NCBI GenBank assembly: GCA_965637545.1
Contig: OZ281494.1
Coordinates: forward strand, 19,158,001-19,222,000
DNA: 64,000 nucleotides
Reading direction: 5' to 3'
Source: Phallusia mammillata
Taxonomy: Eukaryota
Shown here one piece after another: positions 44,781 through 58,580 of the stretch (position 1 is the first letter of the stretch; every line of letters starts with the position of its first letter). The notes under the pieces are model-generated. The model was not told the origin of the DNA. It was given only the letters and a program-made list of their open reading frames with translations, and made no database searches. The position numbers and the translations under genes were made by a program.

Positions 44781-47700
44781 ATGTGGTATGTGATTTTTCT
44801 GTCCAGTGTTCTACTTCTGTATTCTACAAAGGCGGCGGGTAAAATATCGATTCTTTTTGTGAAAAATAATTATGTTGATTTCGTAAAATGTGCGGTATTT
44901 TGCAGGATGGAATGTCACACAACATACACATAGTGACTCCAACACAAGCTCAGTGTCATTTCATGACAAGCATATGAGTTATGTCGGAGGCAAAGACTAT
45001 CTGCTGTTAATCGATAGAACCACAAAAAACGTTTCAAGGGTAAGGCTTTAGAATATCTTTTTTGCAACTAATTGATTTTTGTCCCAACTTCACAGGTTCG
45101 CTTTGAATCCGAAGAAATGGATTTTTCGTTGTGTAAACAGTTTTCGGTAGGTGGTAGTTTTTTGCGATGTTTGGTGGTTTTACCACAAAAATGTTGAGTT
45201 TATAAACAGTAAACACTTTGCAGTTGAAAAGCTGTTATAACTGCCTAAAAATTATTGAACAAATTGACAACAACACATTGATGATTTGCGGAACGAATGC
45301 TGGATCGCCAATGTGCTACCGCTTTACAATATCGGTAAATAGACTTTCTGTCTTGTTGCGTTAATGTATTGGCGGAAAACACGGCACCAGAAACACAACT
45401 TGTTTCTAATTGGTACTTAAACTTTTTTGTCCCCTAGAATCAAACACGGGAAAAAATGCTTAAATCGGTTCGATGGTTGTCGACTGACCCAACAACTACA
45501 TTTGCTTCCACACTTCTGCACCACAACAATGGTATCGCGATCGGTAATTGTTTTGCCTGAAGGCACTCGACCTGTTCCCTTATCTATTGTCCGTTTTTTT
45601 CCGCAGATGTAGAGTTGTACGTTGGAAGTTGCCCCAAAACCGGTTGCTCAATTGAACGGCGCGTTTCCAGGAAACTGAAAACAATATCCGGCACCGTCGA
45701 TGGTAAATATTTTTTCCAATTTCGTTGAATTGGTAACGATAATGAAAAACTAGGTGTGAGTAAAGTTCTGAATAAATAATGTAAGCAATTATATTGTATC
45801 TAACTAAAGCTTTAAATAACTTGCAGAAACGTACATGTTATCTTAAAAAACACAGGTGTCCAGTTCGTTGATGTTCACGTTTCCGGTGTCAATCAAAGGA
45901 AAATTTACTTCTTCTTTCGAGAAGAAAGTGACGCATTTGTGCTTGATCAATTCACTGCAGGAGCGGGAAAAAGCCCCTTCGGTTTCGTCGGCCGTGTTTG
46001 TGAGGTAGCTGTAATCAATAAATATAGGCTTCTCATCTCCTTTATTTTTCTATTATGGGGTCTGATTTGTGAAAACAAACTCTGGAAAACTGGTCATATA
46101 AGGTTTAAATGAACACTGCGAGAGAGAGGGGATTAGGGCCGTTATGGGCTGCAAGCACTTTTTCGCTCATTGTACTTCGACTGTTCTGAGCCGGCTAATC
46201 TAAACTTCAACAGGCCAGCAATGATGACTGTACTGAAACTGGTTAAAGTGTAAGATAAGCGATCTTTAACAGAGATACAATCGTTCGGTATACGAAAAAA
46301 CAATAATTCACTTTGTTGGATAATAGGCCTTTATGTAGGATGTATGTAAACATTTTTTAAGTGAAATAAATAACAATGGGATTAACTCAAACTATACGTC
46401 AAACACAATTCAAGAAATATTTATTTTGAAATATTGTTTTTACTGCACGCAGTTATTTAGTATTTAGAACAGATATGTACCAGTTTTACGTGTAGCTAAC
46501 CGTTTTTCTTTATGACCGTTGGCATGCACTCGAGTTGTCTTTCTATTATCGCATAAACCTATATGTTGTACGTATGTGGCTAACATGTTTTTGGATGTAG
46601 GGTGATATGGGTGGTTCGTATACTTATCGGGGAAGGTGGATGACGTTTATGAAAGTAAGGCTTATTTGCCCTTACCCTGGTGGTACAAAAACAGGAAGCC
46701 AAAACAGTTACTTCGACTATATGCGTTCCACTGTCAAAGTTGGTGACACGGTGTATGTCATATTTAGTTATCCAGAGTAAGTAAAAGTAAACACTTAAAA
46801 CAAAGTAACTATTGGTACCAATGCTTTACCTCAATTCTTTCGGTTGAATTCCGCTTGAGTGTCGCATTATATAAATGATTGTGACTATGTTACCATATTG
46901 TTATTCTTATCATTTTCAGTTCAGCCATATGTTTAACATGACAATATTCGGTAAAGCACATTTTTCCGAAAATAAATGATTGACGGATCTGTTTAAAATT
47001 ACTTTCTCCAATGTTTGTAGATAGCGTTGTAATTAGATAAACAAGTAGAGCTTGAAGTACCGTATTTGGCGACATAGGCTACTGTTACGCGAAACTAATC
47101 ATCTCAAATTTGATGAATTTAAAACAACAAAATGCGAAATTTAATCGACATTATGGACACACTTATGTGACAGTAGAGCATTTGGCCTGTTTTTTTAATA
47201 TAAATTTAAATGTTATGTTTACTTTAGTGACTGGAACGTGGAGAGATCAGCTGTCTGCGGATACAAGTTTTCCGATATTGATTCATACATTGATGGAACT
47301 GCATTTGAATCGAATCAGACACTGTATTACAACAGCAACACGCCACCAAGTTATGGCAAAGCATATATTGCACCCAGTGAATTTCTACCTGGTCAGGTAT
47401 ATGCCCTTGTATTATAACAAAGTTTAAAATAAACACCGTAACAACACTTTGCCAATTATAAGTTCGTGTGTATAGTGTCCTCACAGTGATCAGTCTACCA
47501 CATCTGTGGACACCACATACGAAAATTTTGTCGCAAGTGCGTCTCTTATCAAAGCTGTGGTTAAACCGATAGAAAATAAAGCGGTATATGTCCAAAACAC
47601 CGTTTTTAACTACGTTGCCGGGATTCAAATGGAAGGATTTAATCTTCTTTACCTGCTGAAAGGTAAGCCAGGTTCTAACACCAAATGCATTTTTCTATTA

Positions 47701-50700
47701 AAATAAGTTATAGGCATGTGGTTTAGTTTCAGAGGTGATTTAAACGTATACAAACATGTTGAAACTAAACTCCATAAATCGAGCACATGTTTGTAAAAAT
47801 GTCAATTTTTTTAATCGGCACAAAATGATCGCATGTTTTAGAACAAATAATAAACAGAAAAAAAAATATGGCAGTCTAATAAAAAAAACAGGAACAATTT
47901 GTTCAATATTTTTATGGGTCCCCTTCCATGAAGCGGACACATATTGTTTTTGTCCGTATTTTTTTTTCTTTTTTTCTTTTTTCTTTTATTTTTCTGTCTA
48001 ACGCTGGTTTGTGAGACGCGTTTGGTCAAGAAAGAGTGCTTTAAATTTATTCAAATTTACAGAGGTGTTATTTAATAATCCAAATTTGATCCTCCTGAAG
48101 TTTGACCCCGATTGACCCAGCGGTTCACCCACAGGCCCCCAAAACGTATTTTTTTTAAACGGCTATACTAACTAAAGTACAGCATCTTGGAGTTTCATGC
48201 TTTGTTGCTTGGTGCAATGTAAGGTTTTTTAAAGAATTTTGTATCTTTTTTTCGGATTCACCCAATTTTCACCCTTTAAACCCCAAAATAATCGGTTTTA
48301 GTTTTAGGCCAGAAAAACAAGCCCTATGATGCAGAAACATTTAAAAATTTTAACAATTGTTTAAGCAGGATATTCGTTTAGTATTTAAAATTTTGCCAGT
48401 TACCTTTACAACCCATAATATGTGTACGCTATCAGTCAGACATAAGTCCCAAGGGAGGAATTCACTGGTTTACGATTAAGGCGGCAGAGCGGGAGTGCTC
48501 AGCTTGACGTCCGGACAGACGTTTTACGAGACAGTCGTTTGGGTGATTAGAAATCAGCTGTTTTTTGTGTGTGCAGCAATGCTGTGTCATTTTATTGAGT
48601 TATCACGCGAATTTTCAGTTTTGGCGAAGGTTTTACACCTAAGACGTAATTTAAACTCGATAAACGTACTTCGGTTTCGTTTATATCAGGCAAAACGTTG
48701 TTGATCAACATAAATATGAAAAAATAAACTTATCTTTTTCGAACGCCGCGATAAATGGTCTTTAAATTCTCATTGTCAGCTTGGCCATCGCATAACAACG
48801 GGTCACTAAAGGTCAACTTGTAGGCATTACAACACAGTTAAGAATTTTTCGTCATAACGTATCTTCTTTATTTTTGACAAATCAATTCAATAATCAGTAC
48901 TTAAGTCATGTATAAATCAGGCTAAATGGTATTGTTGAACACTAAGGACTGCATGCTGTTAAAAACAGTGTTTCTAGGAAAATTTGTATTTAAAAACTGA
49001 ACTTGAACCACAATATCAAGGTCAAAGCAAGAGATTAAATTGAAAGTATTTTCCCCGTTCTTTTTGACCGATTTTTTGTAATTGTATGACAATAATGATG
49101 CAAAAAGAATACAGACAAAAACTTTTAAAGTTAAGTTAATGCTTTGTGAAAAATTTGTCCTTAAGAATCTAAAAAGTACCGCAACATTTGTTTACCGTAA
49201 ATCCGCATAAACACGCGTGTGGGGACCCATTAGTTTTTGCTTGCAAAAACATTCATATATGTAGATAAAATTGTGTACAGTATAGTAAATTGGTAAATAT
49301 CGTATAGAATATATAAAATGGAAGTATATCAGAAAGCCACTTTTCTAGTTTTTGTAATGTTTGTATCCTGAGTGAAACTACACATTCCGACACTATCTAC
49401 GCACATGACGTGCTTATGATTCACATGAATTAGCAAGAGTAGGTGCTTCAAATTTTGAATGTTTTTTGGAGGCTTTTGTCTCGCTGGGAGAAAATACTAT
49501 GCTTGTGTGAAATGGGGCCTCTGGTATTTAACTGACTCATTTTTAGACACTGGTTTACTTCAAAAGATGTCAGTTCCGTATTCCGGTGGCAAACCTGAAA
49601 TAATCACAACCACTCAAGTGTTTGACAACTCAGTATGTGATTTTTGTGATTGGGTTTATTTACCTAAGCATATTTTTTAATCAAAGTAACATCTGTTTTA
49701 TAGGGGACAAACTCGACCGTGAAATCATTTTCCGCAAGTGACAAGGTAAATTCCGACGCTTAATGTGTTAGTCACGTGTTTTAAACTGTATATTTGCCAC
49801 TTCAGGAACTGGTGATTGTTATGAATGACAAAGTTCTGAGTTTACCACTCGCAAGTTGCTCTTCCTATGAAACATGTGGACATTGTGAAATTGACCCACA
49901 CTGTTCGTGGAGAATGGGTTGTGTCGACAGTACAACGTTTGAACTTAAGTCGAGGTAACTTATAGACGTTTTTTTAAGTCGAGGTAACTTCTGGATTGCT
50001 TCACGCACATCCTTTGAGTATGTGGTTGGTTTTGTTGTTTAACCTCTTCTTTTATAACTTTCCTAAATTCGAAAAACGAAACTAAAATTTAATCTCATCT
50101 TTAGCATCTGTCCAAATCAGACGCCAGCCCCAGAGCTGTTGCCAATCAGTCCTACTTTTCCCATCCAAGTCACTTGGAAGTACAACGCAAGTTATGGTAG
50201 CAGTGTCAGTTACCATACAACTGTCACCAGAACGAAAGATAATCTAGTTGTATATCAACGGTCGTCACATGGAAACACAACGGTATCAATACCATATTCA
50301 TGTTACGCAATATTTTATACTGAGGAGCTGAATAAAGGGACCGAATTGTAAATTACAACAAAATACTGATAGTGACTCAAAAAACGTTTTGCACTGTCTT
50401 TAAGTGAACCTAAACCTAACACAATGCATTTTCTTTAAACGTGCGCATATAGCCGCCTATATTTGATTTTGATTTATTGTTAACCTTAGTTAAACGACAA
50501 CGATCTGGAAAATGGACAAACATACAGAGTTGAAGTTACCTCGTCCCATAACAATATTCTCAGTGAAAAGGCTGCATCTGTGTTTTCTACACGTGAGTTT
50601 TTTTACTTCCAATATTTGAATAATTCATGGTTCGAAAAGACACACACCCGCGCGTGTTCTGTTAATTATGCGTTTAGGCATCACGTAGACCAAATAGGTT

Positions 50701-52563
50701 TTATACATGCCTTTGCTGGTTGTATGTTGTATGCATTTATGTGGTATTTTAGGGTTAAGGTTAAACAACTGTACTTTTCAGCGTTGTCGAAACCCACCCT
50801 TCAGCAAGTGCGGAGAACTGCGTTCGAATGCGACGTCATATGGGGCGCTGTAGATTCCGCCAAAAGTTACAACATATACAAAGCTCAGTCATCTGTACCC
50901 AGCTTTGTTATATTTCCACGCAACGATCACGAAGAAATTTCTTTTAAATTTATCGACTTAAAACAGGAGGAAGATTTTACTGCAACAGTGGTTGCAATAT
51001 CAGACAATGGAATTCGCTCTGATTCGGCAATTGTTGATTGTGCTGAAAGTAAGTATCAAAACTGGTAACTTTCAACAAGAGATGAAAACAATCAGTTTTA
51101 GGGACGCCTAATAAGTAGTTTTTGGACGGGTGATCCGAAATACTGTTAGGTTTAGATATAAAAGAAAATATGATGTGTACGACACATAAAAAACGTCAAG
51201 GGAAACAAAAAAACGAAAATATGTTATTGTAATTAGTTTCATGCAGAATTAATCCGCTGTTGTGCTTGTGATGTTATTTCGGAACACTATTGTCTAAAAT
51301 TGTAATGTAAACTTATATTTGAGAGATTAGAATTATTTTAGTCACCATTTTTTACGAATCTGAAAAAACGTCTCTTCTGACACGTTTAAAGAACATTTGA
51401 CAACGCAACGTGAAACTTTCCCAACAACTCACCAAGAAACTTCCAAGACAACCATGCCTACCACAATAAGCGAACAAACAACATTTCGCTCCGAAAAGTC
51501 AACTTTAAAACCTGAAAACCCGACTTTTCGCCAAGAAACTACTGCTGTCACGTCACAGACAACGTCTGGCGTCAGTTATCCGACAATAGGCTCAGCGAAA
51601 AAATTAGGTATTTCATCCTTGTCCCATACCTGCGTGGAATGTCGGTGTCATTGACCTGTAATAATATCTTCTCTGGTCAACTGCATTGCTTGCCCTTTGT
51701 CAAAAAACTTTGGTGTGCTGTATAAAAATCATGCATGTATCAACCATAGCCATTGTTTCAAAACACAAGGCCAATTTCGGCTGTTACAAACACAACCAGT
51801 CCAGACGTTTTTGGCCGACGTTTTCCAGCGGTGAGGTGGCTTGCATGTGGTTACGGTGTTTTCTGAGTGGCTAATTTTATGATCAAGTGATACAATTGAG
51901 TATATTGAATACTTTAATAAACAGAATAACTATTTTTAAGTTTCGTCATTCACCTTTCAATCATTCTTTCCAGCTCTTTCACCTAACAATTACCAAAAAC
52001 TTGATACTCTTTTAAACAGGTGATTCTGATGAGTTAAGCAGCGGAAGTGTGTCTGTATTTCTCGTGATGATTGCAGTGTTTGTGGTTCTTTTCCTTGTCG
52101 TTCTGTTGATACTGGTGCAAAATTACTTTGCCCTCGGAAGACAAACGTCTAAACTGGTAGCAGGTTAGTGCAACATTTGCTTACTCTAGCCTACCACAAA
52201 TGAAATTAACAGGCATTTTGTGTTTTATCTAAAAAAAAATTGTTTTGGTTTAGAAGATGGAAACGTTAAGTTTGTACGAGTCGGAGTGTTCTGGAAAAGA
52301 GAAAGTACGGAAGGTGAGTTGGTAGTAAAAAAACAAAACAATGCTTAGAAACTTGGATAGCAAACTAATGCAAAATCCACACCTACTTGGAACCCTGTCC
52401 TACAGTTCGATCGTAACGTGGACATCATGTGAATCTTCCAGACAAACTCCAGTTTTCGAAAAAAGATCATGGAGAGGTCGCAAACGGAAACTCTGCAGGG
52501 ACACCAGCAAATTTTTTGGACGCTGAAAACAACAAGGATGTCTTGCTGACTGTTAACGTATGA
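44781..52563 (+). CDS. Transmembrane semaphorin: signal - Sema - PSI - 2xFN3 - Thr-rich stalk - TM - cytoplasmic tail
   Basis: 20 phase-consistent exons: 44781-44838 (MWYVIFLSSVLLLYSTKAA), 44906-45039 (YVGGKD), 45096-45146, 45224-45334 (CYN..ICGTNAGSPMC), 45438-45531, 45607-45702, 45856-46004 (KIYFFFRE..GRVCE), 46601-46776 (GDMGG..WMTFMKVRLICP), 47228-47396 (SAVCGY), 47476-47662, 49547-49632, 49704-49745, 49806-49954 (PSI: CSSYETCGHCEIDPHCSW), 50105-50282, 50490-50592, 50782-51048 (FN3-like), 51392-51607, 52020-52163 (TM), 52254-52313, 52442-52563. Confidence 0.88.
47912..49350 (+). mobile_element. DINE-1/HINE-like element, copy 2 (in a semaphorin intron)
   Basis: Same termini as copy 1: TTATGGGTCCCC ... 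GGGGACCCAT (49221-49230), GTTTTTGCTTGCAAAAAC hairpin, TTTTCTAGTT; inserted in a T-run. Confidence 0.8.
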
Positions 52564-53313
52564 CCAGATTTCTTTATGTCTTCTTCAGGCCTGCTGAAGA
52601 TCGGCCGTTATTCATTTGACCAAATTGATTTTATTTTTGTATTTACCGTCAGTAGATTTTATGCGTAGACTATGAATAAGGTATTGAATTAAACTTTAAT
52701 GAAGGTTAAAGTAAAGTATATTTACAATTGATACATATTTTTAAGAAAAATGGCGCATTGTAAGCTGTATGTCTTCAATCTTCATCGCAATTAGCCTACT
52801 TGCCTTTTTCTGCATTGCAATATGTCGTAAGTTTTAACACGTAAGCTTATATAGGCTATTGACTTGGCCTAATACAATTAAGTTATTCTTACTATTTTTT
52901 CACCATTTCCTAAACTTAGTGTCGTCAACCATCACGTCTGCTTACAAATCGTGCGTTAACTGTGACTTTTATCTTTTTAACTTGCCCCTTGTTTTTACGT
53001 ATTTCAGTGTTGCACTTTTGTTTGTTTGTTTGACGTGCTCGATTTTAACGTGGTGTTACCTTTTAAACTAACTTGCCCATATTGCCTGATAAACCAAATC
53101 GTTTTTTAAATAACTGTCAGTTATAGTTTCAATTTAACTAGATTGCGCAGATTTCTTGAAAAATGCTTTGCAAAAAACACACCGACGTTTCACGCAATTT
53201 ACAAATATAAGTTATGTATGAATTGTGTTTGTTTTTTCTTTGCAGAATTTAATGCTATAAACAAAGCAAATTGTTATTTGTTTAACCTTCCTTTATTTTC
53301 CACTGTTTTCTAA

Positions 53314-55449
53314 TTATGGGTCCCCTTCTAGAAGGGGACACATATTGTTTTTGTCCGTATTTTTCTTTTTTTCTTTTTTTCTTTTTTCTTTTTTCTGTCT
53401 AAGGCTGGTTTGTGAGACGCGTTTGGTCAAGAAAGAGTGCTTTGAATTTATTCAAATTTACAGAGATGTTAGTTAATAATCCAAATTTGATCCTCCTGAA
53501 GTTTGACCCCGATTGACCCAGCGGTTCACCCACAGGCCCCCAAAACGTAATTAATTTTTTTAAAACGGCTGTACTGACTAAAGTACAGCGTCTTGGAGTT
53601 TCATGCTTTGTTGATTGGTGCAATGTAAGGTTTTTTAAAGAATTTTGTATCTTTTTTTCGGATTTACCCATTTTCACCCTTTAAACCCCGAAATAATCGG
53701 TTTTAGTAACGCTGGCTTGTGAGACGCGTTTGGTCAAGAAAGAGTGCTTTAAATTTATTAAAATTTACAAAGATGTTAGTTAATAATCCAAATTTGATCC
53801 TCCTGAAGTTTGACCCCGATTGGCCCAGCGGTTCACCCATAGGCCCCCAAAAACGTAATTTTTTTAAAACCGTTGTACTGACTAAAGTACAGCGTCTTGG
53901 AGTTTCATGCTTTGTTGTTTGGTGCAATGTAAGGTTTTTTAAAGAATTTTGTATCTTTTTTTCGGATTCGCCCATTTTCACCCTTTAAACCCCGAAATAA
54001 TCGGTTTTAGTAACGCTGGCTTGTGAGACGCGTTTGGTCAAGAAAGAGTGCTTTAAATTTATTAAAATTTACAAAGATGTTAGTTAATAATCCAAATTTG
54101 ATCCTCCTGAAGTTTGACCCCGATTGGCCCAGCGGTTCACCCATAGGCCCCCAAAAACGTAATTTTTTTAAAACCGTTGTACTGACTAAAGTACAGCGTC
54201 TTGGAGTTTCATGCTTTGTTGTTTGGTGCAATGTAAGGTTTTTTAAAGAATTTTGTATCTTTTTTTCCGATTTCGTCCACCCTTTAAACCCCGAAATAAT
54301 CAGTATTAGTTTTAAGGCAGAAATACCAAGCCCTATGGTGCAGAAATATTTTTTAAAAAACAATTGTTTAAGCAGGGTATTCGTTTAGTATTAAAAATTT
54401 TGCCAGTTACCTTTACAACCCATAATATATGTGTACACTATCAGTCAGATATAAGTCCCAAGGGAGGAATTCACTGGTTTATGATTAAGGCGGCAGAGCG
54501 GGAGTGCTCAGCTTGACGTCCGGAGTCGTTTGGGTGATTAGAAATCAGCTGTTTTTTTGTGCAGCAATGCTGTGTCGTTTTATTGAGTTATCACGCGCAT
54601 TTTCAGTTTTGGTGAAGTTTTTACGCCTAAGACGTAATTTAAACTCGATAAACGTACTTCGGTTTCGTTTATGTCAGGCAAAACGTCGTTGATCAACATA
54701 AATATGAAAAAATAAACTTAACTTTTTCAAACGCCGCGATAAATGGTCTATAAATTCTCGTTGTCAGCTTGGCCGTCGCATAACCACGGGTCACTAAAGG
54801 TCAACTAGTAGGCATTACAACACAGTTAAGAATTTTTCGTCATAACGTATCTTCTTTATTTTTGACAAATCAATTCAAGAATCAATACTTAAGTGATGCA
54901 TAAATTAGGCTGAACGGTATTGTTGAACACTAAGGACTGCATGCTGTTAAAAACAGTGTCAAAAGATCATTAAACGGTCGTTTTTGCGAAACAAAGTTAA
55001 GTGAAAAACAAGTTGTTTTGTATACCTTTGTAGCAAATGACTTTTTATATAGTGTCTAATATAACAGTTAAGGCTTTTTAGGAAAATGTGTGTTTAAAAA
55101 CTGAACTTAAACGACAATATCAAGGTCAAAGCAAGAGATTAAATTGGAAGTATTTTCCCCGTCCTTTTTTCACCGATTTTTTTGTAATTATATGACAATA
55201 AAGATGCAAAAAGAATACGGACAAAAACTTTTAAAGTTAAGTTAATGCTTTGTGAAAAATTTGTCCTTAAGAATCTAAAAATAACCGCAACATAGGTTTA
55301 CCGTATATCTGCATAAACACGCGTGTGGGGACCCATTAGTTTTGCTTGCAATCATACATGTAGATACAATTGTGTATAGTATAGTAAAATGGTAAATATC
55401 GTATATAATATATAAAATTGAAGTATATCAGAAAACCACTTTTCTAGTT
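53314..55449 (+). mobile_element. DINE-1/HINE-like element, copy 3, with an internal tandem triplication
   Basis: Same termini; a ~305-bp internal segment repeated head-to-tail from 53400, 53707 and 54011. Confidence 0.85.
53400..54310 (+). repeat. Three tandem 304-307 bp units
   Basis: TAA(G/C)GCTGG(T/C)TTGTGAGACGCGTTTGGTCAAG recurs at 53400, 53707 and 54011; this explains the three near-identical spurious ORFs. Confidence 0.95.
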
Positions 55450-56708
55450 AATTTTGGCTTGGTATGATGTCTCACTATAATATTCACCAGTGGCAAGAAA
55501 GAAGAAATTTAAATATATTACTTGTAGAAGGTAAAGGTAGACCGTAACAGGGTCGCGCGAGTTAAGGAGTTTGCGAGTGGACACTAATTTATCTTTTGTA
55601 TTTCAGATGTTTTGACTTTATGGGTTAATGCTGATGCAGAACACACTTTTATCCGAACTTTTACCGAAAAATCTTTAAAAGGGTATAAGCAAATGAAACG
55701 ATGCAGGCTACAGTTCAAACTGACGGCTTATGCTTCTGATCTAGCTGTGTTTTTTGTTTAATAGGTTGGAGATATAACAGTTTCATTGTGGCATACGGAG
55801 CTGCCTTTCAAAAGCTTATCGAATGCGAGGAGGTCGCAACGAAACAAGTTAAATAATCCCGGGTTGTCGCTACATGAAAGCTTGGAAGAGGGAAATTTTG
55901 TAAGTTAGGTGCCAGATCCGACCTTCAGTTAACCGTTGAAATTTAATTTACCGCAAAAGTACAGTAAATTACGACTTCGCAGACCACAGTTTTGGAACGG
56001 CGCTGGATGAGGGCTTGTCAGTCATATGGCTCTCACGTTTCTATTTTGATTTAATCTGTCCCGCTGGAAAACAAGTTTGGTGACTCCTGGTGTAAGTCAA
56101 TGGTATCCAAACTTTTCCTGAAAGGTTCACTCGAATATCTTATTAGGTCATAAATCCGATTTTTGTCACGTTTTCAATCGAAGAATGTAGGACACAAAAT
56201 GTTTTTGTAAAAATAACAGAGGGGCAAATCGAACCTGGTGATTGACTATAGTGGAAAACTACACCAAAAAGCTACTGACCTATATATGATCCGTGAACTA
56301 AAAAAATACTGCAATGTTTTACAATTCTAAAGGGCGTGAGGAGAAAACCCCAACGGACCTAGTGACGTTTTACAGATTTAAAATCACAAAAACATTTATC
56401 GGTGCACATATTTGATAAGACATAATATAGGTACCGGCGGTATTTTTAGTGAAAACCTTAATAGAAGTTTTCACAGTTGTTCATAACAATGATGTATTCT
56501 TCTAAGCAGTATTAAGAAACGTAAACAAGACTTGAGATTGTAATCGCTTGAGTTGCAGCCAACCAGCATAACCAATTATAACCCCTGTTGTACAGAAATC
56601 TGAGACACCTTGCCAGAACAATTAAACCAAAAGTACATAGGCCAGACAAATAGTGAAATTTATTAATATATTTTCAAAAAAAGTTTTATCATGCCAACAA
56701 TTTGTAAA

Positions 56709-57449
56709 TCATCGATATAGGTAGTCTGCTTGTATGTTGGCCTCAATCTCTGTTTCCCATTTATCCCCATTTTCCAGCAATTTCTCTTTGTTGTATAACA
56801 ACTCCTCATGTGTTTCTGTTGAGTACTCAAAGTTAGGCCCTTCGACTATTGCATCAACTGGGCAAGCTTCCTGACAGAATCCACAGTAAATACACTTGGT
56901 CATGTCTATGTCATATCTATCATAAAAAAATAAAAATGATTAAGATTTCCATAGTAAATACTCTTTAAATATTAACAGTCAAGTGCAAAATACTGGTAAA
57001 AAGCATACAAAATCTCATTAAACCCTTATTAACACTGTGCACCTTGTTGTTCTTCTGCTGCCATCTTCCCGTTCTTCTGCTTCGATTGTGATTGCCTGTG
57101 CAGGACATATGGCTTCACATAGTTTACAGGCAATGCACCTTTCTTCACCAGAAGGGTAGCGCCGCAGGGCATGCTCTCCACGAAACCTTGGACTTAATGG
57201 ACCTTTCTCGAATGGGTAGTTGATAGTTGCTGGTTCACCAAATGATTTGGCAAGAATAACACCAAATCCCCTCATCAATTCAGTTGCAAACATAGCATTT
57301 GCATTGGTATCTACTATGTTTCTCAGAGTTGGATTGTCAAACTTCTCATTTACAAGCTTGTATGATGCCCGAAATGATGAATTAGAAAAGCTTCTGGAAA
57401 TTAGACGTGCAAGGCCACAGACATTCGAACCAATCGGTAAAAGTTGCAT
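56709..57449 (-). CDS. NDUFS8: NADH:ubiquinone oxidoreductase core subunit S8 (TYKY, 2x[4Fe-4S])
   Basis: Exons 57449-57043 and 56916-56709. [46 protein letters not shown]...[31 protein letters not shown]; N-terminal mitochondrial presequence-like region. Confidence 0.97.
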
Positions 57450-58568
57450 TACTTTAGTCTACATAACCCTGTCCTGTAATAATTCATTCATGATGATTTA
57501 GTCATTTTAGCAATATTGTGATTAGTTTTAACTCCTAGTGTTGCAGAGTCAGAAGGTATGACGTTTGACTAGACTCATAGTAGTACTATGATGCCAACCC
57601 TGTCTGCAACTCCTAGTAATTTAATTTTAAAGTCCAACCTTGACTTTTTAAGGTTCATTGTGGTTGACGGAGTGAAATAATTGATATCAGTTTTTCAGTG
57701 CACACCAGTTGCAAAAAACGCTCTAGTTTGAATTATTTTGCTGTTTAAAAATCCATAATCCATATAGGCTCACTACATAGTCTACATGTAAAGAACTATA
57801 TTTGTTTCTGTGTTAAAGAACACCATATATTGGATGTGTGAGTCCAATAAAAATGTTACATCTATTTTATTGCACAAATTGAACACATGCATGATGTTTA
57901 CCTGAACAATAATTACTGGACATGTACCGTACTCTACGGCTTTTTTTGTTTCTTTGCATGAGATGAGATGTCAGCAGTCAGTTATATGTCATTGTCAAGT
58001 ATAACGTTAGCAGTTAGCACATAGCAGGTTGGGATGAATTGTAAAATGTACTCCCAACAGTAACACATTACCGGGTCATTTAGGTTCACCAAGACGCCAT
58101 TACCCAACTCATGCCCTTAATAACTAATTTGCTAACAATTGTTGCACGAATGGGAGAAATGAAGTGTCATTCAATGCAGTTATTTTGCGCAGGAAAGCAA
58201 GAAAATGTCAATTTTGAAAAAGTTCCCTGCTAATGAAAACAAATCTGCAAACGATATTGCTTCTTTAGGTATGCTCACCACCACAATCAAAATCGATTAT
58301 GAACACAAAAACCCACAAAGTGGTCTGGTCTTTCGTCTTTGATATTGCAATTGCAAGTAGAATCTTATCATGTAACCACTGGAGACGGTAAAGATTTGTG
58401 CTCTAAATAGAAATTAAAATTTACCATACGAGTTGGTTCAAAAAGCAAGAAAACTTCTGTTTGTAAATTTGGCATAAAGCATTTTTATTTGCAACCAACG
58501 CGGCAATGTTATTTTCACATCTCTAAGCTAAGTTAAAGGACTTTGGTCGAACCGGATCAGCGTTGGTA

Positions 58569-58580
58569 GGGGAATTTCCC
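58569..58580. promoter_or_regulatory. kappaB-consensus site in the NDUFS8/NSRP1 divergent intergenic region
   Basis: GGGGAATTTCCC matches GGGRNWYYCC; about 115 bp upstream of the NSRP1 ATG. Confidence 0.35.

Noticed and set aside
46214-46246. Exon-like ASNDDCTETG* in a semaphorin intron
   Set aside because: In-frame stop; the expected DMGG..W.TF.K.RL.C exon is at 46601-46776.
49946-49990. Duplicated donor TTAAGTCGAGGTAACTT
   Set aside because: A short local duplication; the second donor would shift the frame and there is no evidence of use.
52406-52563. Stop-codon readthrough at TAA 52414-52416 in the semaphorin tail
   Set aside because: The downstream open frame is explained more simply by the acceptor at 52441/52442.
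53399-54388. Repeated 90-120 aa ORFs on both strands
   Set aside because: They fall within the tandem non-coding units of the HINE-like element and show no protein features.
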